Source: Halomicrobium mukohataei DSM 12286 (GTDB lineage Archaea > Halobacteriota > Halobacteria > Halobacteriales > Haloarculaceae). From it: a stretch of 32,000 nt of DNA. Position 1 is the first letter of the stretch, and every line of letters starts with the position of its first letter. Below, piece after piece: positions 1-11,567 of this stretch. The position numbers were made by a program, and so were the translations under genes. Location of the stretch: the NCBI RefSeq assembly GCF_000023965.1, contig NC_013202.1:210001-242000 (forward strand), given 5' to 3'. Below the pieces are notes generated by a model. It was not told the DNA's origin. It worked only from the letters and a program-made list of their open reading frames with translations, and did no database searches.

Positions 1-221
1 TCGAAATCCTCGAAGTCGTTGTTGCTCGTGTCGCCGTCGTAGAATCGATCTGTCAGGATCTGATACACCGTATCACGTGGTGTGACCGGACCCAGACGGT
101 TGTCTTCGGTAGCCAGTGTATGATATCCGTTGATCTCTGCCTCGACACTCCGGCTCATTCCGAAGGCCGCTGCAGCGGTCCCAAGCGTTTTCATCCAACT
201 CCGCCGCGTTGTCGAACCCAT
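1..221 (-). CDS. Secreted glycoside hydrolase family 13 (alpha-amylase-like) protein, N-terminal fragment; the gene continues past the window start
   Basis: Reverse-strand ATG at 219-221 (open-ended, not in the ORF track). It reads MGSTTRRSWMKTLGTAAAAFGMSRSVEAEINGYHTLATEDNRLGPVTPRDTVYQILTDRFYDGDTSNNDFEDF. This has a twin-arginine signal (TRRSWM plus hydrophobic stretch) followed by a VYQI.TDRF.DGD motif characteristic of GH13 enzymes. Confidence 0.6.
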   Translation of the reverse strand, partial: MGSTTRRSWMKTLGTAAAAFGMSRSVEAEINGYHTLATEDNRLGPVTPRDTVYQILTDRFYDGDTSNNDFEDF

Positions 222-514
222 GCTACTAGTCCTGTTGTTATCTTTCATCGCAGCTATCTAATCGAGACGATATGAAAAAAGTATTTTGTATGGTTGTAGT
301 ATATTTACAACATAGTTCGAGAGTGGTGGCACGATAGCTGTCGACCGTCATCACCGATGTTGAACGCGTCTCTGGCCGTTTATACCCTGTTCTCGATATT
401 GACCCGGCAAAATCCGAAAACCGGCGTTGCTCGTCGAGTGATGGCCCCGCCCTTTGGGAGACAGATGGCAGTACGGTCTGGCCGATTGTCGTTGCTTTCA
501 CTGCCCGGAGAACT

Positions 515-1243
515 ATGTCTGTCCAGCCCGTTTCTCGATCCATGCGAGTCCTCTGTGGCCGTGCCGTCGATCCCGACGCTGACATCGAGCGGACCCGGCG
601 GTTGGCCGACGAGGTCGCCGACAGTCGCGTCCCCGCCCTGCGCGTCTGGCGGCCACACCGACAGGTCGCCTTCGGTCGCCGTGACGCCCGCGAGGACGGC
701 TACGAGCGGGCCCGCGAGATTGCCACGAAACGTGGCTACGCCGTCCTCGAACGCGCGGTCGGCGGGCGAGCGGTCGCGTACACCGGTCGGACCGTCGCGG
801 TCGCGCTCGCGGTGCCGACCGACGGCGGTCGCTCGGGTATCCAGCGTCGTTACGACGCCGCCAGCGACCGGTTCCGAGCGGCTCTCGACACGCTCGGCGT
901 CGACGCCAGCGAGGGAGAGCCACCGGAATCGTTCTGCCCCGGCTCTCACTCCTTGCAAGCGGCGGGAAAGGTCGTCGGCATCGCCCAGCGAGTCCGCCAG
1001 CGCGTCGCCGTCGTCGCGGCGATCGTCATCGTGGCTGACCACGGCGAGGTCGCCGACGTGCTCGCGCCGATCTACGACGCGCTCGACGTGTCGTTCGATC
1101 CGGACAGCGTCGGCAGCGTCGCCCGTGCAGGCGGGCCGAGCGAGCCCGACAGGGTGATCGACGCCGTCGTCGAGACGTTCGCGGACGGCCACGACACCAC
1201 CGTCGAGCGCGTGGACTCGACGAGCGGACTCCGAGACACTTAG
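515..1243 (+). CDS. Lipoate-protein ligase family protein (BPL/LplA/LipB catalytic-domain-like)
   Basis: 242-aa ORF with WRPHRQVAFGRRD, GGRAVAYTG and FCPGSHSL..GKVVGIAQR motifs, as in haloarchaeal proteins annotated lipoate--protein ligase family. The real start may be the MRVLCGR Met at 542. Confidence 0.65.
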   Translation: MSVQPVSRSMRVLCGRAVDPDADIERTRRLADEVADSRVPALRVWRPHRQVAFGRRDAREDGYERAREIATKRGYAVLERAVGGRAVAYTGRTVAVALAVPTDGGRSGIQRRYDAASDRFRAALDTLGVDASEGEPPESFCPGSHSLQAAGKVVGIAQRVRQRVAVVAAIVIVADHGEVADVLAPIYDALDVSFDPDSVGSVARAGGPSEPDRVIDAVVETFADGHDTTVERVDSTSGLRDT

Positions 1244-1261
1244 GGACGGCCACAGCGGAGA

Positions 1262-2539
1262 GTGGGTATGCTCATTCGGAACGCGACGCTCGCGGACGGA
1301 CGGACTCGGGACGTGCGCGTCCGCGGAGAGACGATCGACGCCGTGGACGAGGATCTCGACCCGGCGGACGAGGACACCGTCGACGCGGCAGACAGACTGC
1401 TCTTGCCCGGAGCGATCGACGCCCACGTCCACTTCCGCCAGCCCGGCTACGGCCACAAGGAGAGCTGGGCCAGCGGTTCGCGGTCGGCCGCGGCCGGCGG
1501 CGTCACGACCGTCGTCGACCAGCCCAACACCGACCCGCCGACGGTCGACGGGGCCGCCTTCGATCAGAAGGCCGAGCTGGCCGGCGAATCACTCGTCGAC
1601 TTCGGCATCAACGGCGGCGTCACGGGCGAGTGGGAGCCCGCGGAACTACTTGACCGGCCCCTGTTCGCACTCGGCGAGGTCTTCCTCGCGGACTCGACCG
1701 GCGACATGGGGATCGACGCCGACCTGTTCGAGGACGCACTGGTCGCGGCGGCCCAGCGGGACGTGACCGTCACCGTCCACGCCGAAGACGCCTCGCTGTT
1801 CAATCGGGCGGCGAGAGATCGCGACGACGCCGACGCCTGGAGCGCGTTCCGCACCGCCCGCGCGGAAGCCGCCGCCGTCGAGCGAGCCTGCGAGGTCGCG
1901 GCCGAACACGACGCCCGGATCCACATTGCACACACCTCCACACCCGAGGGGATCGACACCGCCAGCGACGCCGGGATGACGACCGAGGTCACGCCCCATC
2001 ACCTCCTGCTCTCGCGGTCGGACCTCGACGAGTTGGGCACGCACGGCCGGATGAACCCGCCGCTGCGCAGCGAGAAACGCCGCCGAGAGGTGTACGACCG
2101 CGTCGTCGACGGCACCGTCGACATGATCGCGACCGACCACGCGCCCCACACCCGCGAAGAGAAGGACGCCTCGATCTGGGACGCCCCCTCCGGGGTGCCC
2201 GGCGTCGAGACGATGCTCCCGCTCTTGCTGGCCGAGGCCCGGACCGGCGATCTGACCTACGAACGGGTCCGAGATCTCGTCGCCGCGAACCCCGCCGACG
2301 TGTTCGACCTGCCGGAGAAGGGCCGGATCGCCGAGGGCAACGACGCCGACCTCGTGCTGGTCGACACCGACGACGTGCGCGAGATCACCGGCGACGGGCT
2401 CCACTCGAACTGCGGGTGGACTCCCTTCGAGGGGTTCGAGGGCGTCTTCCCGAAGTGGACGATGGTCCGTGGCACGGTCGTCTACGACCGGTCTGACGAC
2501 GAATTCACCGATCAGCAGGGCGAGAACGTTCGAGCCTGA
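1262..2539 (+). CDS. pyrC: Dihydroorotase
   Basis: 425-aa ORF. It has the amidohydrolase metal motif DAHVHFRQPG, then HAED and ATDHAPH motifs, and its length fits archaeal PyrC. The ATG at 1268 is a likely start (1262 is GTG). Confidence 0.85.
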   Translation: MGMLIRNATLADGRTRDVRVRGETIDAVDEDLDPADEDTVDAADRLLLPGAIDAHVHFRQPGYGHKESWASGSRSAAAGGVTTVVDQPNTDPPTVDGAAFDQKAELAGESLVDFGINGGVTGEWEPAELLDRPLFALGEVFLADSTGDMGIDADLFEDALVAAAQRDVTVTVHAEDASLFNRAARDRDDADAWSAFRTARAEAAAVERACEVAAEHDARIHIAHTSTPEGIDTASDAGMTTEVTPHHLLLSRSDLDELGTHGRMNPPLRSEKRRREVYDRVVDGTVDMIATDHAPHTREEKDASIWDAPSGVPGVETMLPLLLAEARTGDLTYERVRDLVAANPADVFDLPEKGRIAEGNDADLVLVDTDDVREITGDGLHSNCGWTPFEGFEGVFPKWTMVRGTVVYDRSDDEFTDQQGENVRA

Positions 2540-2923
2540 TCAGACGATCCCGTCTCGGGATCGGTCGATCCGGGAGGTCGGGACGGGCCGGACGACCCCG
2601 AACAGTAGTCTGTTCGTCAGGATTCCGCTCCCGACTCCGAACTGCAGTGCCGCGACGGTCGAGACCGGGGGATTGACGACGAAAACGGCCAGGAGACTCG
2701 CGGCCACGACGGCGACGGCCACGGCTGTGAACCCCCACGTGGAGTCGTCCGGTGTGTAGCCGCGATCCCCCGCGATGGCGAATCCGGCTGTCCCCAGTGC
2801 GGTAGCGACCACGAGCCACCAGTGTTCGACGAGGGTCCCAGTTTCCGCGAGTACCAGCGCCGCGATGATCTGTACGACGCCGAGAAAGCCGTCGAGCAGT
2901 ACGATTTTCGCCCGAGTGTCCAT
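2540..2923 (-). CDS. Small integral membrane protein (about 4 TM), function unknown
   Basis: 127-aa ORF with four hydrophobic segments and low Arg content, unlike the Arg-rich alternative frames. An AT-rich box (caattaac on the coding strand) lies about 25-33 nt upstream of the start. The stop abuts the pyrC stop (tgatca). Confidence 0.55.
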   Translation of the reverse strand: MDTRAKIVLLDGFLGVVQIIAALVLAETGTLVEHWWLVVATALGTAGFAIAGDRGYTPDDSTWGFTAVAVAVVAASLLAVFVVNPPVSTVAALQFGVGSGILTNRLLFGVVRPVPTSRIDRSRDGIV

Positions 2924-2969
2924 GGACGGTGTTCCAGCGGCCCGGTGTTAATTGTGCGGGAGAGCCCAC

Positions 2970-3326
2970 TCAAAGGAGTGCCGCTGTCGCGCTGACCCCG
3001 AGCATCGCGCCGAACCCGAATCCGGTGACCCGGGCCATCGCGCGCCGGGAGTCGGCCTCGGTCCAGTCGCCCGCCGCGTCGAGGTGTCGTTGCATCGCCT
3101 CGACACCGCGGCCGGCGAGGACCGAGCCCGACCAGCCAAGCAGTCCGAAGCCGAACGCGAGCGCTCCGAGGGCGAACGCCTTGCGGGTGCCAAAGAGCGT
3201 GCCCTCGGCGTAGAGGGCGAGCACCGCGACCGCAATCGGGCCGGCGAGGGCCCCTGTGGCCAGTGCGGAGCCGACGATCCGGGCCCGCGGGCGTGCCCAG
3301 TCGGTCGCGGTCCGGCCGACCGCCAT
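2970..3326 (-). CDS. Small membrane protein (118 aa, about 3 TM), last gene of the ABC operon
   Basis: Internal Met (MAVGRTATDW...) of the 2970..3956 ORF. Its ATG (3324-3326) shares one base with the TGA of the upstream permease (TGATG). The product has hydrophobic segments. Confidence 0.5.
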   Translation of the reverse strand: MAVGRTATDWARPRARIVGSALATGALAGPIAVAVLALYAEGTLFGTRKAFALGALAFGFGLLGWSGSVLAGRGVEAMQRHLDAAGDWTEADSRRAMARVTGFGFGAMLGVSATAALL

Positions 3327-4255
3327 CAGTCGATCGCCTCCCGCATTCGCGGATCGAGCGCGTCCCGCATCCCGTCGCCCAGCAGATTGAACCCCAGCAC
3401 CGTGACCGCGAGGAAGAGTCCGGGGAAGAAAGAGAGCCACCACCGGCCGGTCAACAGGCCGTTGTCGACGCCCCGAGAGAGCATCAGTCCCCACGACGGC
3501 GTGCCGGCCTGAGCACCGAATCCGAGGAAAGAGAGGGCCGCGAGGTCGATGATCGCCAGTCCGAAGTTCAGCGTCGACTGGACCGTGATCGGCGCGAGCG
3601 TGTTCGGGAGGACGTGGCGCACGAGCACGCGGGGATCGGTCGCGCCCAGCGCGACCGTCGCGTCGACGTACTCGTCTTCGAGCACCGTCAGCGCAGCTCC
3701 CCGGATCACGCGAGCGAAGCGAGGCGTGTACACGAGCGTCAGGGCGGCGACGGCCCGCCAGAGACCCAGTTCCCGCGGGAAGATCGCGACCAGCGCCAGC
3801 GCCAGCAAGAGCGGTGGGAACGCCAGCAACACGTCCATCGTCCGCATCACGACGTTGTCGGTCACGTCGCCGTAGTACGCCGCGACGATGCCCAGGCCGA
3901 CGCCGACCACGGTCGAGGTGCCGACCGTGATCGTGCCGAACTGGAGCGCGAGCCACGCGCCGTAGAGACAGCGCTCGTAGATGTCTCTGGCGGCCGAATC
4001 GGTCCCGAACAGGTACTGGTCGGCCGGACCGGTGCCGGTCCAGCCCGGCGGCGCGCGGTCCGGGACCGCCGTCCCCAGTCGCGAACTGGCGAGTGCCTGG
4101 GGATCGAGCGTGATGCGTGCGTAGAGTGCGATCGCCAGCATGCCGAGAATGATCGTCAGGCCGACGAGAGCGAGCCGGTTCGACAGGAGCTTCGAGAGGA
4201 ACGGCGACGCTCGAAGCCGATCGACCGCGCCGCGCCGTCTGGTTTCGGTGCTCAT
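3326..4255 (-). CDS. dppC: ABC transporter permease, DppC/OppC-like
   Basis: 309 aa, polytopic. It has the binding-protein-dependent transport inner-membrane signature region (..ALGATDPRVLVRHVLPN..). Its start overlaps the stop of the preceding permease by 4 nt. Confidence 0.88.
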   Translation of the reverse strand: MSTETRRRGAVDRLRASPFLSKLLSNRLALVGLTIILGMLAIALYARITLDPQALASSRLGTAVPDRAPPGWTGTGPADQYLFGTDSAARDIYERCLYGAWLALQFGTITVGTSTVVGVGLGIVAAYYGDVTDNVVMRTMDVLLAFPPLLLALALVAIFPRELGLWRAVAALTLVYTPRFARVIRGAALTVLEDEYVDATVALGATDPRVLVRHVLPNTLAPITVQSTLNFGLAIIDLAALSFLGFGAQAGTPSWGLMLSRGVDNGLLTGRWWLSFFPGLFLAVTVLGFNLLGDGMRDALDPRMREAID

Positions 4256-5295
4256 TGTTGAATGCGTGGGTCGAGGTAGCCGTAGGTGATGTCGACGACG
4301 AGGTTCACGAGCGTAAACAGCAACGCGAACGTCAGCACGGTGCCCTGGACGACGGGGTAGTCCAGCGCGCCGATGGCGGTGACGATCGTCAGGCCCATCC
4401 CGTTGATACCGAAGACCGTCTCAGTGAGGACGGCTCCGCCCAGCAGCGTCCCGAACTGGATCCCGATGATCGTCACCACGGGGATCAGCGCGTTCCGGAA
4501 ACCGTGTTTCAGAACCGTGATCCGAGCGCCCTGGCCCTTCGCCCGAGCGGTGCGCATGTAGTCCTGGCGCACCACTTCCAGCATCGACGAGCGCATCATC
4601 CGCGAAATCAGCGCGGTCGAGTAGATCCCGATCACCAGCGCGGGCAAGAAGAGGTGATGCACCGCGGAGGTAAAGGCCGTCCAGTTGCCCAGCAGGAGCG
4701 AGTCGACGGTGACCAGTCCGGTCAGGGGGAGCTCTCGGCCGAGGAGGAGCCAGCTGTCGGGCAGGAACAGCGTCGAGTCGATGCGGCCGCTCGTGGGAAA
4801 CCAGTCGAGATACGTCGCGAAAGCCAGGATCAACAGCGGTCCGGACCAGAAGATCGGGACCGAGATACCAGTGAGCGCACCGATTCGGGTGACGTGGTCG
4901 GTCAGCGAATCCTGGCGGATCGCAGAGAGGATCCCCAGTGGAAGCCCGAGGAAGATGCCCGCCAGCTGGCCGAGAATCGCCAGTTCGAGTGTGACCGGGA
5001 GCCGGTCGAGCAGGACCGATCGGACCGGTGCGCCGCGGCTGATGCTGTAGGACTGTCCGAAGTCGAATTGTGCCGCGTCGGCAAGAAAGGAGAGGTACTG
5101 TATCCACAGCGGGCGGTGGAGGCCGAGCTCTCGGCGGACCTGTTCGAGTTGCTCCGCGGAGGCTCGCTGGCCGGCGATCACTCTGGCGGGGTCGCCCGGA
5201 GCCAGATGCAGGATCGCGAAGACGACCGTCGCGACGCCGAACAGCACCGGGACGAGCAGGGCGATCCGCTTCAGGACGAACCGTATCGAGACCAT
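4252..5295 (-). CDS. dppB: ABC transporter permease, DppB/OppB-like
   Basis: 347 aa, polytopic, with a TARAKGQGARITVLKHGFRNALIPV signature typical of DppB/OppB permeases. Confidence 0.88.
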   Translation of the reverse strand: MVSIRFVLKRIALLVPVLFGVATVVFAILHLAPGDPARVIAGQRASAEQLEQVRRELGLHRPLWIQYLSFLADAAQFDFGQSYSISRGAPVRSVLLDRLPVTLELAILGQLAGIFLGLPLGILSAIRQDSLTDHVTRIGALTGISVPIFWSGPLLILAFATYLDWFPTSGRIDSTLFLPDSWLLLGRELPLTGLVTVDSLLLGNWTAFTSAVHHLFLPALVIGIYSTALISRMMRSSMLEVVRQDYMRTARAKGQGARITVLKHGFRNALIPVVTIIGIQFGTLLGGAVLTETVFGINGMGLTIVTAIGALDYPVVQGTVLTFALLFTLVNLVVDITYGYLDPRIQQ

Positions 5296-5307
5296 GTCGA
5301 ATCGTGG

Positions 5308-7074
5308 TTACTGCAGTTCGACGGTGTTGAGGTACGGTCCGCCGACGGAGCTCACCGTGTAGGTGTCCTCGACGACGGCCTCGTTGATCGCTCGAAGCGT
5401 CTCGGCGTAGTCGACGAACACCCACGGAGCCTCGTCGTGGGCGAGCTTGTTGGCCTCCTGGTACATCGTATCGCGCTCGTTCGTGTCGTAGGTCGACTGA
5501 GCCTCCCGGACCAGTTCCATGTACTCGGTGTTGGCCCACGCCGAGACGTTCAGCGTGTTGTACCCGTCAGTGTCGAAGCTGATCCAGTCCTGTCCGTCCG
5601 GAACGTCGTCGAGCGGGACCTGTGGGTCGAGCAGGACGTAGAGGAAGTTGTCGGGATCGGCGTTGTCTGTGTACCACCCGAGGAAGCAGGCGTCGTGGCG
5701 GCCCTGGTCGGTGTAATCGAGATAGGGGCCGAAGTCCGAGAACTGGTTGATCTCGACAGAGAGACCGATGTCCTGCAGATCGGAACGGACCTGGTTGGCC
5801 GTCTGGACCGGACTGGGGTTGTAACCGCGCGGGTTCGAGAACGTCGCTAGCTCGAACTCGAAGCCGTCGCCGTAGCCCGCTTCCTCCAGCAGCGACCGGG
5901 CCTCGTCTTTGTCCGTCGGGTAGGGATCGAGACCGTCGTTGTGTCCCAGCACGTCCGGCGGCAGCGGCTGGGAGGCCTGGGTGGCAAAGCCCTGGTAGAT
6001 CTGGTTGACGATGGCCTCGGTGTTGACCGCGAGCGAGACCGCACGCCGGACTCGGCGATCCCGGAACGGCTCCATCCGTTCCATGTTCATCGCCATGTAG
6101 CCGACGTTGATTCCGTTCTTGCGCAGCAGCGTCGCCGTGTCGCTGCTGTCGGCCCGCTGGAAGCCGTCGGAGTCGAGGTTGTCGGTGACGTGTGACGCGC
6201 CGTTGATCACGTCCTGAACGCGCGTGCTGTTCTCGGAGATGGTCTTGAAGACGACAGAGCCGACGTTCGGACCGGGACCCCAGAACGACTCGTTGGCCGT
6301 CAGGCGGATCCGGTCGTTGGGGTTGTCCAGCTGGTCGAACGCGAAGGGGCCGGTCCCGATCGGTTCGGTGCCGAGCCCGACCTGCGCGTCCGGGCTCGCG
6401 TCGAAGCTCTCGATCTGGGCCTTCGAGAGCACCGCCGCCGCGAACATCGCGAGGTTGCGCAGGAAGGGCGCGTAGCGCTGGCTCAGTTCGATCGTCAGTT
6501 CGCCGTCCTGGCTGGCGTCGACCGATTCGATCCAGTTGCCGAGCGTGAAGGGGCCGTATCCGGATCGGTTGGCGTCGCCGAGGTAGTAGTCGTATTCGGG
6601 ATCGGTAAAGCGCCGGAAGGTCGCCTCGAAGTCCTCGGCGGTGAACGGCTCACCGCTGTGGAAGGTCACGTCCTCCCGAAGCGTGAGCGTCGCCGTCGTC
6701 CCCTCCAGCGAGTAGTCGGTCGCGAGTCCGGCTTCCAGTTCGCCCCCGCTGCCGGCGGCGAACTGGATCAGCGTGTCGAAGATCTGGTTCGTCACCTTCG
6801 CGACCTCGCCGCTCGTGGTCTGCTGGGGGTCGTAGTTCTCCGGGTGGTCCCCACGGGCGTAGACGAGCGTCTGGTCGCCGGCAGTGTCGTCGCCGCCGTC
6901 GTCACCTTCGGCGGTGGTCGCGGCCTCGTCGGTCTCCATCTGTTCGTCGCCGCCCTCTGTCGGCGTCTCGTCGTCACCGTCGTCGCCGGCACAGCCGGCG
7001 AGCGTTACCGTGACGGCACCAGCACCGGCCGCCCTGAGGAAGTCGCGTCGTCCGAGTGGATCGTCAGACTGCAT
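5308..7074 (-). CDS. ABC transporter substrate-binding protein, family 5 (DppA/OppA-like), Tat lipoprotein
   Basis: The ORF is 5308..7089. It has a Tat motif (GRRDFLRAAGAG), a lipobox (LAGC) and an acidic Asp/Glu/Thr linker, followed by a long periplasmic-binding-protein-like body. The start is placed at the second Met (MQSDD, 7074) because a TATA-like ATTATAG lies 24-30 nt upstream of it. Confidence 0.88.
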   Translation of the reverse strand: MQSDDPLGRRDFLRAAGAGAVTVTLAGCAGDDGDDETPTEGGDEQMETDEAATTAEGDDGGDDTAGDQTLVYARGDHPENYDPQQTTSGEVAKVTNQIFDTLIQFAAGSGGELEAGLATDYSLEGTTATLTLREDVTFHSGEPFTAEDFEATFRRFTDPEYDYYLGDANRSGYGPFTLGNWIESVDASQDGELTIELSQRYAPFLRNLAMFAAAVLSKAQIESFDASPDAQVGLGTEPIGTGPFAFDQLDNPNDRIRLTANESFWGPGPNVGSVVFKTISENSTRVQDVINGASHVTDNLDSDGFQRADSSDTATLLRKNGINVGYMAMNMERMEPFRDRRVRRAVSLAVNTEAIVNQIYQGFATQASQPLPPDVLGHNDGLDPYPTDKDEARSLLEEAGYGDGFEFELATFSNPRGYNPSPVQTANQVRSDLQDIGLSVEINQFSDFGPYLDYTDQGRHDACFLGWYTDNADPDNFLYVLLDPQVPLDDVPDGQDWISFDTDGYNTLNVSAWANTEYMELVREAQSTYDTNERDTMYQEANKLAHDEAPWVFVDYAETLRAINEAVVEDTYTVSSVGGPYLNTVELQ

Positions 7075-7097
7075 GCCCCAAAATGACAATAGAACAA

Positions 7098-7104
7098 CTA
7101 TAAT
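7098..7104 (-). promoter_or_regulatory. TATA-like box (ATTATAG on the minus strand), candidate internal promoter for the binding-protein gene
   Basis: This is the only AT-rich patch in the 85-bp spacer between the ATPase stop and the binding-protein start. Its spacing fits a leaderless transcript starting at 7074. Confidence 0.35.
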
Positions 7105-7174
7105 GGTATGTGCGGGCCGACTACCGTTCGAGTCCGATCGGTAGCGACGTAGTTACCACACGCGTACCGAGCGC

Positions 7175-9892
<2,718 letters not shown>

Positions 9893-10091
9893 CTGTCAGA
9901 TACTCTCCCGTGTACCGTATTACTATCGTGGCGTTTCGGACAGTAGACTCTCCCTACCAGTCGGTCACCGAAGCGAGAGGAGTGGCTTCGAGTCGGTCGA
10001 CGATCGCCCACGGTCGTGGTTGATAACTGAAACGAGCCCGGCAGCTAGCAGGCAGCGACTACTATTTGCGTGTCGCTACCACGGTCGAGCA

Positions 10092-10610
10092 ATGAGTGAC
10101 CCAGCCCAGCGAGCGAACACTCCCTTCGACCGCGTCGTCGGCCCGTGGGAACGGGTGATCGACGAGATGCACGCGACGGCCGAACGACACCGCGAGGACG
10201 GAAAACGGGTGATCGACTGTCATCCCGGCGACGTGGCGACGCTCACCGGCGACCCCCGGACGGACGCGGCGTCGACCGGCGACATCGAGCCGGACCGCCG
10301 CGTCGGCCTCGACGCCGTCCTCCCGGGATCGGAGTTCGAGGCGGTTCAGGCGGTGCTGAGAGATCGGGACCCGGACCGCGTCGAGGTGTTTCGGGCGCGT
10401 GGCAACGGCCTCGTCTTCCTGTTGCTCTCGCTCTCGTGTGGCGACAGCGTCGTCTTGCTCCCGCTGTACTACGAGCGCGAAGACGCGGACGCGCTCCGAT
10501 CGATCGCCCGTGACAGTGGGTTCCCGGTCCACGTCCGACCGCTGACCGACGGCGAACGCGTGCGCGTGACAGTCGACGATCCCGAGCTCTGTGTGCCGTC
10601 TCGCTCGTAG
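10092..10610 (+). CDS. Hypothetical protein (172 aa), haloarchaeal-type acidic protein
   Basis: Internal ATG (MSDPAQRAN...) of the 9729..10610 ORF. Upstream of it the frame runs through the divergent promoter and the ATPase start. Codon third positions are GC-rich. I recognised no domain. Confidence 0.5.
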   Translation: MSDPAQRANTPFDRVVGPWERVIDEMHATAERHREDGKRVIDCHPGDVATLTGDPRTDAASTGDIEPDRRVGLDAVLPGSEFEAVQAVLRDRDPDRVEVFRARGNGLVFLLLSLSCGDSVVLLPLYYEREDADALRSIARDSGFPVHVRPLTDGERVRVTVDDPELCVPSRS

Positions 10611-10650
10611 AGCCCGTCGGGCACCGACTCAATCCGGCCGGCGAGGTCTC

Positions 10651-10731
10651 ATACGGTTTATTGTAGTTGCTTACCGGTGATCGTCGCCACGGAGTAGACG
10701 ATCACCGGTAAATCGCTACAATAATCCGTAT
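10651..10731. other. 81-nt long imperfect inverted repeat (hairpin) between convergent genes
   Basis: ATACGGTTTATTGTAG-ttgc-TTACCGGTGATCGTC-(11-nt loop gccacggagta)-GACGATCACCGGTAA-atcg-CTACAATAATCCGTAT. The inner 15-bp stem is perfect. The outer 16-bp AT-rich stem has one mismatch. Confidence 0.8.
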
Positions 10732-10751
10732 CAGTCACCACCCACAGGGCA

Positions 10752-11432
10752 TCACGTCTCCTCACCAACGTCGATATCGTGGCCACACTCCGGGCAGGAC
10801 ACCTCGTCGTGGCGCAGCGCCGCGGAGTGTTCGCGAACGTCGCGCATCACTTCCGAGATCTGGTCTTCGGTCTCCAGTTCCTCCTCGACGCTCAGTTCGA
10901 CGCCCTCGACCTCCAGCAGAAACTTCGCGACCTCCGTGGCCTCGTACATCACGTCGTCGAGTTCCTCGGCCGTGAAGAAGTCACACATCGCACCATAGAG
11001 GAACGTCGCGCCGGCCTTGCGGACCTTCTCCTCGAAGGACGCGCGGGCCTGATTGACCGCCTGTGGCGTGTACGTGTCGGTCATGAACGGGACCAGTTCG
11101 GGGAGGTTCTCGCCGATCTTGGTCATCTCGACGCCGGTCTCGGTCCGGAAGTCCGCACAGAGGCGGGCGATCGCCCACTCGCGGGCGGTGACGTAGGTCC
11201 GTTCCCGCAGGAACTCGTTGGCCCGGTCGTAGGTCCCGCCGTCGATCTTCTTGAAGCGGTCGTACTTGCGTACGTCGGCCGGAACGTCCGTCTCCAGAGA
11301 GTCGCCGTCGGCAGCGTCGAGGGACTCGTCGTCGGCCGGCTCGGACCCGTCGGCCGCGTCCGGTTCGGTCGACGACGGCTCGGCTCGTGAGCGCTGTTCG
11401 TCGGTCTCGTCGGGGGACGCGCCGTCTGTCAT
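10752..11432 (-). CDS. Conserved hypothetical protein (226 aa) with an acidic N-terminal tail and a C-terminal CPECG motif
   Basis: Internal ATG (MTDGASPDETDEQ...) of the 10752..11573 ORF. The Arg-rich upstream extension looks non-coding. A T5 TATA-like element lies 25-29 nt upstream of this ATG. Confidence 0.6.
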   Translation of the reverse strand: MTDGASPDETDEQRSRAEPSSTEPDAADGSEPADDESLDAADGDSLETDVPADVRKYDRFKKIDGGTYDRANEFLRERTYVTAREWAIARLCADFRTETGVEMTKIGENLPELVPFMTDTYTPQAVNQARASFEEKVRKAGATFLYGAMCDFFTAEELDDVMYEATEVAKFLLEVEGVELSVEEELETEDQISEVMRDVREHSAALRHDEVSCPECGHDIDVGEET

Positions 11433-11447
11433 GCCCCACCCTCTGTT

Positions 11448-11470
11448 CCGGCAGTGAAAAAGTCTGCCGG
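11448..11470 (-). promoter_or_regulatory. Palindrome CCGGCAG-N9-CTGCCGG whose loop holds a T5 TATA-like box (ACTTTTTCA on the minus strand)
   Basis: The T5 run (11457-11461) lies 25-29 nt upstream of the ATG at 11432. The usp genes in this window show the same spacing. Confidence 0.4.
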
Positions 11471-11517
11471 CGTCCGCCCGGGCCGCGCGGAGCCGAACAC
11501 GACGCCGGGACAGACGC

Positions 11518-11545
11518 CGCCACTTCGGGGAGGTGGCTTTTTCAG
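11518..11545 (+). promoter_or_regulatory. Palindrome GCCAC-N9-GTGGC followed by a CTTTTTCA TATA-like box for the usp gene
   Basis: The T5 run (11538-11542) lies 26-30 nt upstream of the ATG at 11568, suggesting a leaderless transcript. Confidence 0.4.
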
Positions 11546-11567
11546 GAGTGCCTGCATTGAGCCGTCT

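Noticed and set aside
380-1456. 358-aa minus-strand ORF (and 357..1157 + / 513..923 -) overlapping the lipoate-ligase-like gene
   Set aside because: Arg/Gly/Pro/Asp-rich, motif-free translation of the kind produced by off-frame or antisense reading of GC-rich coding DNA. The plus-strand ORF at 515..1243 has recognisable motifs.
4255-5850. 531-aa plus-strand ORF antisense to the permease and binding-protein genes (also 4421..5539 -)
   Set aside because: Extremely Arg/Asp/Glu/Gly-rich with no hydrophobic core or motifs. The opposite-strand frames encode textbook ABC permease and binding proteins.
10651-10731. The long hairpin as a MITE or foldback transposon
   Set aside because: I can see no target-site duplication (flanks are ..gtctc / cagtc..), there is no second copy in this window, and 81 nt is very short. 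This remains only one of several hypotheses in the finding.
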